Below are positions 54,701-64,000 of a DNA stretch of 64,000 nucleotides, in pieces. Positions within the stretch are counted from its first letter, which is position 1; each line of letters starts with the position of its first letter. The stretch comes from Balanoglossus misakiensis. Lineage: Eukaryota; Animalia; Hemichordata. Below the pieces are notes generated by a model, which was not told where the DNA came from, ran no database searches, and was given only the letters and a program-made list of their open reading frames with translations. The translations under genes were made by a program, and so were the position numbers. The stretch lies in assembly GCA_040954595.2 (NCBI GenBank), contig CM082589.2, forward strand, positions 2,287,498-2,351,497, given 5' to 3'.

Positions 54701-57700
54701 CGTTCAAATTGTAAAACAGTAGATTTTCCTTGCAACTATCTAAAACAAGATTGTTTTGACATACACGTATTCCATTCCTCATGGATCATGCAGAATTTGA
54801 TAAACCTAGAACCGGTGACGTATCTCCGCTAGTCTCTAACTATCCTTTCTTTCGAATTTGTAGTAATTCGTTCCAGTTTAGACAGTTTACGCCCTTCAAT
54901 AGTGTCAACAAAATATATCATGAAATCGACTACGCGTTTCTTTCAATGAAATCGACAATGCGGTTGAATAACAAGAGGTTAGCACGACTCGATGCAATTT
55001 TCCTAATGGCTCTCTCGCGTTTATACTTTTAAATCGACAAAGGGGAAAAAAATCGCACGCTTGCATTAAAATTTGGTGTGTATACTTCAACGCGTGAATA
55101 GTACCGCCGAACACGCTGCCCTATAACACAGTAAACTGTCACTCTGTTTTGCCCCGGTCGCTAAATCGTAAATTCTCAAGTTCAAATGGGCGCGTTGCCT
55201 GTCACCATGCGCGCTGTGCGTAGCCGCGGGAAATACATGTACATGCATTGCCTAAGCGATCGCGTCTGGTTGCCTAAACTCTAATTGCTAAACACGTCAA
55301 TTAGAAATTGGACATGGGATATTTGATTTTGTGCAAGTTTGGTGTGATTAATTTGTATCAATGGGTAGATTGGAGCGCGTCGTGCGTGCGCGCATTTACA
55401 GTCAAAGACAATGATTGGTGGATACATACAGTACATCATGAACCTCAAGTTTTAGGCTACTGTCTATGCTATAACCACCAAACTCATCTTATATCAAAAC
55501 TGTAACCCCCTCCCCCAAAACACAGGGGCTTTTAAATTAACTACTTTTTCTCATCTTGTTGATTTGGACACACACGGTTTTTAATATCGCTCCTTTCCGG
55601 GCAAGCGAATGAAGACGAACAAAAGACTTTACACTTACAAAGAACTACAAGAAGTACAAAATTGAAATAAAGTTGAGAAAAAAAACAATCTCCTCAGGCT
55701 GAAACCTAGCTAATAGGATATTTCAAAGAAATTTCATTCAAAATATTGGCAACTTTATAGAAAATGCGCTTGTAATTTATTTCAGTGATTGGAACCCATG
55801 AAAAGGATGGTACTATTAGTCATTGCACTAAAATCATTTTTGTTCGATTACCGCGTCAAGTATCGCCATCAATTGCAAGATTCTGTTTCAATGTGTTGCG
55901 GACCACCTTCATTAAAAGAGGAGGGGGGATACTACGAAGCGGTACTGTCACGAAGCGGAAAACCAGAGCGGAGTGTATGTTGACTGAGCCGCGCTGATTA
56001 TTCTCAATGAAGCGCGGCAGATCATCGCTTATGGACACGCTCATTGTTGCAGAGTATTAGTGATCTGGTGAGGCCCTGTTCTCTGTGGTATCGCCGGCCG
56101 ACAGATTAGGCGCGGACGTGCTTCGTGATACACAGTAAACGATTGGGCGTGTCTCTCACATCTTTTACTGGTATTCATAAAAGACGGGAAAATTGCGACG
56201 GTGCATAATATAGCGACTGGTGCGCCCTGCGGCACGTATTCGCGCGCCCCTTTCGCGATCAAACAAAAAAGCTACAACACCAATTCGATGTAAATTTTAA
56301 AGTCTGTGTATAGAAAGACTCGAGACCAAATGCTGTTTACCGACATCTTTTTTATCATCTTCATTCTCCTCCCTATTTTTGAAAAGTTAATTTTGATTCC
56401 GGACTCCCCGAAGCTCGATAAACCTCATTAACGTAAAAGGATCAACGGGTCTTATGGAGACTATACTTTCCCCCTAACTCACAAACTGTTAACGTCATGG
56501 CTTCAAGCTTAAAGAATCAGAACCGACGCTTCAAAAGCTATTTATATACAGTGCACGCATTTCAGCGCGTGACTTGAACAGTGTGGCTGACATCTTTCTG
56601 TATTCAAGCCGAGTCCTTTACAACACAAATACCGGTATGAAAATATAAACTGTGCTCATAGTGGCACTGATTTCCGTGAAATATACAATAAAAAACACCC
56701 GTAATGGCGTAAACATGCTCATCATTGGAAAACAATTAACCTATGCACAGTAGTTATCATTACACGCGCATACAGGAAATCCCGTGGAAAAAAACATGAA
56801 CGTCACTGTGCTTACCATAGTTTGGGGGTTTGAACGTCACAGAAAAGAAAGCAAAATCGAACGAGGCATAATTCGATCGAGATTTCTTTTTTCAGTCTGT
56901 AAATATAGGTCTGGTTCCCGCATTCATGCGAATGTAATGATAACAATTTTAACGTGGGGTATTTAACTGGTTTCGTTTTGAAATGTATGCGCCGTAATAG
57001 ATGGAATTTAGCTCCTAGATTGAAGAGTGAAGACATATGCTTTCATCGAGTTGCGAGTGGCTCGGAGCGGAATCCATTTTATCAAACAAGTCTTCTATTT
57101 CCCCAGCCCTGTCTAATCAAATATCTGTCGACTTTGCCAGTTTTGATCAGCCACCAAAATACCGCTTTGTGACCTTTTTATAATAATTGAAGAGCTTTTA
57201 CCCAAGGCGCCTGGTGCCGGTGTTATATTACTTTTTGGCTCAGTCAACTTTTATTTATCCAGTTAATATTTTGCAGGAGTCAACGAATCGAGTTGTGTGT
57301 TCGTTCCTGGGCATTTAATCAGTTTTCGCTCAGACAATTCTTATTGTTACCTTACATATGGACACATGTGTGACTATATGCCAATTTCAGAAGTAACTCG
57401 ACTCCCACTAAATTACTTATGCCCGCGTTCATCTTTCGGTAACATTTTTTTTCTCTTTCTCTCGCTACCATCTGAGCTCGACGCTGACAAGCCCATTACT
57501 CTATTAACCTCAGCGACCTCCCGTCTAATGACTGTAAATATGATTTCAATGAGGGAATTTTTGCCTCGTAATCAAGTTGATATTAGACATCTTTGCGTGA
57601 ATGTACATTTCTTAGACGGGGAAGAAAAATATGAAATGGAGAGAAAAATACCTTTCGCAATTTTGATACGAAATTAAAGCCCTTGTAATTATATTTTTTC

Positions 57701-60700
57701 AGACGACTCTCGTGTTTAACAGATCGAATGGGTCAGAGCATTGTCAAATTAATTCTGCTATCCTAACCAATTTAGTTGGAAATTTCGACCCAACTGCCGT
57801 TGGATAGCTTTAAATTTATATACATTTCAAAATTTGTCATCACGAGTTCACCGTACAATAAAATCAAGTCATAAGATGAGAATTTCACTTCATTACAAGT
57901 AATTTCCACGAGGTCGTCTGCTTATAACTGACATGATTTGATGACGCGACTCGGCGCGACGATTTTGAAGTGAATAATGTGAGAGGCGTAAAGTATCGTG
58001 ATGGTTGGTCATTCGTTTACAGAGATTTGCGTGCTCTTCATCGATGACCCCTCCCCCTTCTTGAACAGTAAAATAAAATCCGGGATAAAATCAATATAAG
58101 ACTGATCCTAATCGGTAATCAAAGGTAAACATCATCTTTCAAGAAGGCCTAGAGTACCATCGCGTGAACTGTGTGTTATTTCACCAAAGAGGTATTATGG
58201 GCCATTCAATACGTTGCTGATAAAGTCTGTTGTCATATTTTTTCGAACGCTATTCTTTCCGTGTTAAGCAAAACCCCAGCGTATAGGGGGATTAGCGCGG
58301 ACCTGAAAGCGGTAAATCTCTGGGGAATATATCATTCAGCTTGTCTGAGCGCAAATCAGGTACTCAATGCAAGTGCTGCAGCTCACAATCTAACGCGTTA
58401 TTTCCTTAACACGAAGTTCTCAGTTATTCAAATGTGGTTGAATCAAACACCCTTATCGAAGAAAAGCATAATAAAATTCAGATTTGGGAAAAGAAGCTGC
58501 AATTCTGAGGAAATACGTTTTTTCCTTCCTTGCCTTATCGCTATTTTTTCGTTTCCTTTTTCCACGCAGCCTCCATCGGCACCCCGCTGGCCAATAGTCA
58601 TCCACTGGTAGCGCCCACAGCGCATCTACCATCTCTCGGTGATGAAATACTTATGGACGAATTCATGTTCAATCGCAGAAGACAGGTAAATAAAGTTCAT
58701 ATCTTTCCATTGCCAATTATATTTCATCATCATCAAACCACCACCACCACCCTCGCCGCCGCCACCACCAGACCCACAAAAACCACCACCCTCGCCGCCG
58801 CCACCAGACCAACCAAAACCACCACCCTCGCCGCCTCCACCACCAAAACCACCAACACAACCACCACCACCATCGTCATCATCAACACCACGCACTACAA
58901 AGATCATGCATTGGCCATGGGTATTGCTGGTGATACATGCCACGTACAATGCGCTTCTTTTGGTGTTTCTGTGACGACGTTCCTCTAGCAGCAAGACCAC
59001 CTGTTATCAGTTCACATGTCAAACAAGTGATTGGCTGAACTATTTGTACTCCAAGGTGTATTCTGCTGCAGTAAAACATGGCACCACGGTCGAAGTATGC
59101 ACACACAGCTCGTGTGCCTTGAAATCTTTGTCTCCGTCCGCTCGCACAAAAAATCACCGTTGATGGTGTAGGTAAAGTCTACACCTGAAGTTAATTGATG
59201 CGCCACAACAAAATCAATGCTGTTCATCCCCACAGAAATTGCGGGTTTAAATCATTGGTTTCAACTTTACAAAACTACTCAAACATTTCTACTCAGTCCG
59301 ACCTGGGTTGTCTTTGATCCAAGCCGTCTCGGAGAAGCGTGTTTTTTGAAATTAAATACAATTGTATATTTCAGTTGATGTGTCTCTTTCAACCCTCGCA
59401 CCTTTCGTGAAATGAATGTCTTTTTTAACAGCGCGCGCCGATCCATTTCAGAGCGTCTACATTACGGAGTCCACTCTGCGCTCATCAGAGCTGTTTTACA
59501 GGCGATTAGACCGGGGCTCGGAAACTTTGAAATGGTATCAAACAATCTCATTCATTTCACACCAGTCGTTTTGAAAGTTAACCCCCAAATGCAGAGGTGC
59601 GTGTGTGCCACCGCACCGCCTTTCTGCCGTTTCTAAAGATCAGACACGGTTGTCGCATTCTATCTGCCCGCGGCGCTTGTTATATATTTGATCCCTGAAA
59701 CCCGAAACAATTTCAGCGCGAGAAAGCGAGTGGTCCATCTCATTGTGGCGTGTCGTTTAGCTCTATTTCAAGGTATCCGCTTGTAACTGTGTTTTGTCTC
59801 TCTCTAACTCTCTCTCCCTCTCTCTCTTCTGTGTTCAACCAGAGGCGCAATCGGACTACATTCACGCCACAACAACTGAGCGAACTGGAGAACTTGTTTC
59901 AGAAAACACATTATCCAGACATCTTCGTTCGAGAAGACCTTGCTATGAGGATTAATCTATCTGAAGCTAGAGTACAGGTATACTTGTTTCACACCCCATT
60001 TACCCAAAGGCGAATCTTTTGTCACGTCCCATTTTCCAGCCTGTGCGTCGATGATTAAAATTGTCAGCCAGCATTGAAATCTGGAATCTCCCCAGGACAG
60101 AAAAAATGAGTTTTAACATCACGTTACTTTATTATAATTAACTACTTTCAAATTGAAGAAAGCTCCCCGTTCTTTAACGTTTATGTTCATAACACCCTAA
60201 CTTGTGGATTGTAAGATTATACATCATATTATTTCTGCCAGGTGTATTTTTGACACCACAATCTTTAACGCTCCAATAAGTGACATTTGTTACACCCATT
60301 TTCATGATTTTACTTTCAAACTTGCACGATCCATTTAATTGAGCTAAATGTTGGGTATGTTTGGTTCCTTTGCAGGTTTGGTTCCAGAACCGTCGCGCCA
60401 AGTGGCGAAAGGCCTGCAGAATGCGGTTCGGACGTGAAGCTTGGCGCGCCCGTCAGTTAGTGTACGCCACGGGGAGTCCAGCCGCGGCCGCTGCCGCCGC
60501 GGCCGTCAACCCCTGGCTCTCCGCTGCCGGAGCTGCCGCGGCTGCAGTTCACCCTTCCACCGCTTCGTGTGGCGTCACACCGACTACGTCAGACCTGCTG
60601 TTCAACGAGACGATGAGGGCTGCAGCTGCGCAGAATTGCCTCAGAGATCATGGGTATGTAGTTTTTTTATGCAAGAACTTTCCAGATTCTACACAAGGGC

Positions 60701-61249
60701 GTGGGTCAGTCATCTGAGCATGTTTCAGTGAACAAACCCAAAAGCCAAAAATGAGCTAGTACGAAACTATAATCGACAATTCTATCTTCCCATTACAGTT
60801 TATCAGCTCCAAGTTTATCAGGTCGTCCAACTGCGACCGGTATTCCCGGATGTGCGTGTCTGTTGACGGGCAAGGACCCGAAATTGCCTCTTCCGGCCGT
60901 GACGTCAGTAGCAACAAGTGGTTTCAACAGCCTCACCGTTCCAAACAGTATCTTCGCGGCGGCCAAGCTGGCCCTGCCGAGCTCCCTGGGTTCGAGGAGC
61001 GCGCTGCTGGGTGCCGGAGCCGGGGGCTGCGGTACGTTCTCGGCTTGCAACGACCACTGCACGTCCAGCGTCGCCGCGTTGAGGCTACGGGCAAAGGAAC
61101 ACATCCAGCGGGAGAGCTCTACCAGAACGGCGCTGTGGCCCCACAATGTACCGAGCTCCAGCAATAACGTGCCAAGCAGCAACGATTCGCTTTCCTCGGC
61201 TTCGAGCGTGTCGAGCAACGCAACTGAGAAGGGCGAAGACAACAAGTGA
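45624..61249 (+). CDS. CG11294: PRD-class Q50 paired-like (aristaless-related) homeobox transcription factor with OAR domain; 5 coding exons, 378 aa; best match CG11294 family (Drgx-related)
   Basis: Exons of 157+116+135+278+451 nt sum to 1137 nt and join in frame through GT-AG introns of phase 1,0,0,2. Homeodomain [46 protein letters not shown]|[14 protein letters not shown] has Q50 and the PRD-typical intron between residues 46/47. OAR motif [14 protein letters not shown] at 61061-61102. Family call rests on recalled similarity ([20 protein letters not shown] and post-homeodomain AWR-R-L): gene structure ~0.9, family ~0.65. Confidence 0.9.
47833..47931. repeat. (AGTC)10 followed by TGAC/ACTC repeats in intron 1
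   Basis: Directly visible. The AGTC and TGAC tracts are mutually complementary, so a fold-back is possible. Confidence 0.92.
58570..58685 (+). CDS. CG11294: Homeobox gene coding exon 2 ([39 protein letters not shown])
   Basis: Long pyrimidine tract ending ccacgcag|, donor CAG|GTAAAT. Ends in basic RRRQ that runs directly into the homeodomain of exon 3. Confidence 0.9.
58735..58884. repeat. ACC/GCC-rich minisatellite, about three ~33-36 nt units (aaaccaccaccctcgccgcc...), in intron 2
   Basis: Directly visible, 50 nt downstream of the exon 2 donor. Confidence 0.9.
59843..59977 (+). CDS. CG11294: Homeobox gene coding exon 3 (homeodomain residues 2-46)
   Basis: CT-rich tract plus ccag| acceptor; [45 protein letters not shown]; donor CAG|GTATAC. 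Confidence 0.97.
60376..60653 (+). CDS. CG11294: Homeobox gene coding exon 4 (recognition helix [12 protein letters not shown], poly-Ala tracts)
   Basis: Acceptor cctttgcag|; [11 protein letters not shown]; Ala8 at 60481-60504; donor GG|GTATGT (phase 2). Confidence 0.96.
60799..61249 (+). CDS. CG11294: Homeobox gene terminal coding exon 5 with OAR (aristaless) motif
   Basis: Acceptor cttcccattacag|, phase 2 restores the frame of ORF 60863-61249; [17 protein letters not shown]; stop TGA 61247-61249. Confidence 0.93.
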
Positions 61250-62715
61250 ATATCCTTCAAACACTTTTCAACCGTTTGTCTTAAATTAAGTAGCACCAGG
61301 CAGGAACTCAAAAATTTCCGCATGCAAGACGCGGCCACAAGGTAGTCCAGAACGAAAGTTTTAAAGGGACCGAGATGTCAAGTTGAAAAAAAGCATTGCA
61401 TTTTGTTTTTACATGTTCTGTTTCACTTCAACTTCTTAAACTTGAAAGAAATACTTTTAGTAAAAAGCTGTACATATTAGACACATTTTAGAGTAGATCT
61501 TGTCGTTGGGCCAAAGCGGACGAAGAATCCTTGCGATAGGAATGAAATATCGAGCTGATAATCAAATTCAAGTTGCTTTTCACAGACGGCCAGCATTCTA
61601 TGAGAAAGATGACAAGCGCGTCACGTGAACTACTAGTATGTTCAACAAAATTATTTGCTAATCGCCCCTTCACTCTCCGCAATGAGATTTACAGAGCTTA
61701 CAATCAAAATGTTTCGAGTGCCACTGATGATTTATCTCAGACATGGATAGAATTTTTTTCTCACTTTGAATCACTGCAGATGAGCAAAGTATCAAACTAA
61801 TTGCATTGCACAAGCTGAGACCGACCATAATTATAGCTAAACTGTCTTGGTTTTCAATGATTATCTTAGAGTAAGAAAGTAGAATTAAAATAGTTGAGTT
61901 CTGCGTTCATATTACTAATATGTTACAAATGTCACAGTAGTCGAATCGTATTTTCACGCGAGATTAAAAAATAGCGCTTTCTTTGTTGGAAAGCAAAGAC
62001 GTGTGATCAAAAACAGACGTATTTTTATAAGTCATCCCAAAATTGGACAATATATCAATGTGTCCAGCATATTGACGACTCAGAGTATCCTACCACCTTA
62101 TACCGCCCTCAACAAAGATAATCGTTGAGTTCTATTTCTTTTGTTTTTACACCCAATGGGGGGAAAGTCTACCGAACGTGTTAAATTTCGAACACCCTTT
62201 GTCTAGTTTACACTTAACTAACAAAATCATAATTATATTTTAGGGAATTTGCTCGAAATCAGGGTATTTTATCAAATGCATTAATTACTATTAAAGTCAT
62301 TTGCAACAATAACTTATCGGATAAAATAATTTTCGAAAAAATGTTGTTTCAGTCGTTGGTTTCTTGAGAAGTTAAAGATGTAACAATAATTCGAACATAT
62401 TTCAACAAGTTTACATGTAATTGAGAAAGTCGTTATATATTGTAGGGTATCCGTTCGAAATCAGGGTATCTTTTATAAATGCTCTTTCAAATATTTGCAA
62501 CACTACATATCGGATAAAGTGATTTTTTACTTGAAAGAAAGTTTATTTCACCCGTTGGTACTGGTGGCACTCTATAGTAGCCAATAATGTCGATTTGAAT
62601 TTTCCAGGAATGGGATTTTGAACTTTTATGGGTAAGAAATCTATTGTAACAACGTTCTGTATGTTTAAGAAACTTTATGTAAGCAAAGAATAAATAAGTA
62701 CCTATCTTCTTAAAC
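61250..62715 (+). other. Probable 3' UTR of the homeobox gene
   Basis: AU-rich sequence from the stop to AATAAA at 62689-62694; Pumilio-type element TGTACATA at 61469-61476. Confidence 0.6.
62180..62560 (+). repeat. Diverged ~202-bp tandem duplication in the homeobox 3' UTR
   Basis: Blocks TTCGAACA, AGTTTACA, TCGAAATCAGGGTAT, ATTTGCAACA, TATCGGATAAA and CGTTGGT recur in the same order about 200 nt apart. Confidence 0.8.
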
Positions 62716-62740
62716 TAGTGTCATAGAATTTGTTTTTTCT
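62689..62740 (+). terminator. Polyadenylation signal of the homeobox gene
   Basis: AATAAA 62689-62694, preceded by several TGTA motifs and followed by a GT/T-rich element (gtgtcatagaatttgttttttct). Confidence 0.6.
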
Positions 62741-62799
62741 CACAAAAATTTCACTTACAGAAAGGGGTTTACAGAAATCACTAAAATACTTGATTTTTT

Positions 62800-63381
62800 G
62801 TTTGTTTGGATACACTAGAAGCTTTATTTACAAAGTTAAATAAAAGAACCAAACATAAAATTAAAATGAAAAAAATACAGGTATTGAGATTTAGGAACAA
62901 TTTCTACCTATAGACTGGTCAACATGATGTGATTAATTTTGGCAATATATTTGCATAGCCACTATGCAGAAACACTTAAGGTTTATTAAAATCAGCCACG
63001 CTGATTTCTTTGTGAGTGAATAGATTATACCAATTTCTCCCATTTAAGACCATTTTATTTACACAGTGTACATACACAAGTTCCATGGAAATTTCTATCT
63101 CAAATATATAGCTTTTTACCAATACTTCTGAAAGCAAATTAAGTTTAAAGTCATCAGAGATCTGATTCTCCTTGTAGAGAACAAAAAATAACCTCTGAAT
63201 ACTTGCCAAACATTGAAATCCTGATTCAGTGCAGTCAATGCTCATTTCAAAAAAGTCTGAAATATACATTGTTTGAAGAACATCCAGTAGCATTTTCATG
63301 ATTTGTTCTCGATCATCCACCATCGAAAGACCATCATTTCAGCATTTCTTCCCCAAAAACTCCATAATCTTATCTGAAAAT
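62800..63381 (-). other. Probable 3' UTR of CFAP95 with alternative poly(A) signals
   Basis: Minus-strand AATAAA at 63054-63059, 62982-62987 and 62823-62828. The last is followed by a U/GU-rich downstream element. Confidence 0.55.
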
Positions 63382-63570
63382 TTACTCCAGCTGAACGGGT
63401 AGTGTTTTTGTTGGCGGAAAGAGTTCGTGTTTGATTCTGGAATTTGCGTATACTCCAGTCTCATCCTGCCATGTGTTGCGTCCGTATCTCCGATGATCAG
63501 CGGTGTCTGTGAACTGACTGTGGCATTTCCTGTAAGCATTGGAGTTATCCGGGAAATCAGCTGGTTTCTC
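63382..63570 (-). CDS. CFAP95: CFAP95 / C9orf135 homolog, terminal coding exon (EKPADFPDNSNAYRKCHSQFTDTADHRRYGRNTWQDETGVYANSRIKHELFPPTKTLPVQLE*)
   Basis: Acceptor tacctctgcag|GAG in phase 0 with the previous exon (135-nt intron). RKC-SQFTD...R-G-NTW-DE-G-YANS matches the recalled C9orf135 C-terminus. Stop TAA at 63382-63384. Confidence 0.87.
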   Translation of the reverse strand, partial: EKPADFPDNSNAYRKCHSQFTDTADHRRYGRNTWQDETGVYANSRIKHELFPPTKTLPVQLE

Positions 63571-63705
63571 CTGCAGAGGTACACAACAAAACCTGGCAGT
63601 CAGACACAAAGACAGACCCAAAGGCATGCATACAAAGATTGACTATAATACACAGATTCACAGACAGATTGCTAGGAAGAATGAGAGCATGCGAAGATGC
63701 ATTAC

Positions 63706-63835
63706 CTCTGTTGGCGTGTATGGATACGGAGGTTTATAATCAACCCTGTGTGTTGTGTCTAGATGCCTTTTATCATGCTCTGGATAATGCCTAGGTAACA
63801 CTGCACTGTATCCGCTCTTTGGATTGCCTGTATCC
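63706..63835 (-). CDS. CFAP95: CFAP95 / C9orf135 homolog, penultimate coding exon (DTGNPKSGYSAVLPRHYPEHDKRHLDTTHRVDYKPPYPYTPTE)
   Basis: Minus-strand pyrimidine tract plus ctaacag| acceptor and GAG|GTAATG donor. The peptide resembles the recalled C9orf135 segment TGFGAVFPRHPPD...TTYSEDYVPPYDY. Upstream exons lie outside the window. Confidence 0.85.
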
Positions 63836-64000
63836 CTGTTAGCAATGAAAAGAGATAGGGAAAAAGGGACTGTCAAGTCACTGGAGGGAATCCATGTATG
63901 ACTGGCTTTGGCAGAACCACAGCATGTAACCTATTACATGTACCATAATAGCAAGCAGGTGTGTAGGATCCTACACTACATTCGTTGTTCAACAATGACC

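Noticed and set aside
58626-59000. Gly-rich minus-strand ORF
   Set aside because: Translation of the ACC/GCC minisatellite, not a real glycine-rich protein.
60793-61338. 181-aa antisense ORF over exon 5
   Set aside because: Shadow of a GC-rich coding exon; no ATG/splice context or homology.
63339-63584. Second minus-strand ORF overlapping the CFAP95 last exon
   Set aside because: The other frame carries the C9orf135 motifs and fits the splice phase.
1-64000. CRISPR arrays, tRNA/rRNA genes, operon-like or prokaryotic defence systems
   Set aside because: Intron-containing animal DNA; no repeat-spacer arrays, cloverleafs, rRNA motifs or long uninterrupted ORFs seen.

Overview
Eukaryotic (animal) genomic DNA, roughly 40% GC by eye, with no obvious CpG depletion. 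It is probably from a non-vertebrate marine bilaterian, possibly a hemichordate or similar deuterostome (inference). Two protein-coding genes can be reconstructed with phase-consistent GT-AG splicing. (1) A complete five-exon PRD-class Q50 paired-like homeobox gene on the + strand: CDS 45624-45780, 58570-58685, 59843-59977, 60376-60653, 60799-61249; 378 aa, with poly-Ala tracts and a C-terminal OAR motif. It best fits the invertebrate CG11294 family (related to Drgx). (2) The last two exons of a CFAP95/C9orf135 ciliary microtubule-inner-protein gene on the - strand (63706-63835, 63382-63570), tail-to-tail with the homeobox gene. The first ~45 kb has no recognisable protein-coding exons. It contains a well-formed minus-strand Pol II promoter and first exon near 7285-6577 (gene unidentified), a possible spliced minus-strand non-coding transcript near 31.3-32.3 kb, decayed transposon and LINE fragments, microsatellites and candidate enhancers. 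No rRNA, tRNA, CRISPR or prokaryotic system is supported. Most ORFs in the supplied track are chance ORFs.
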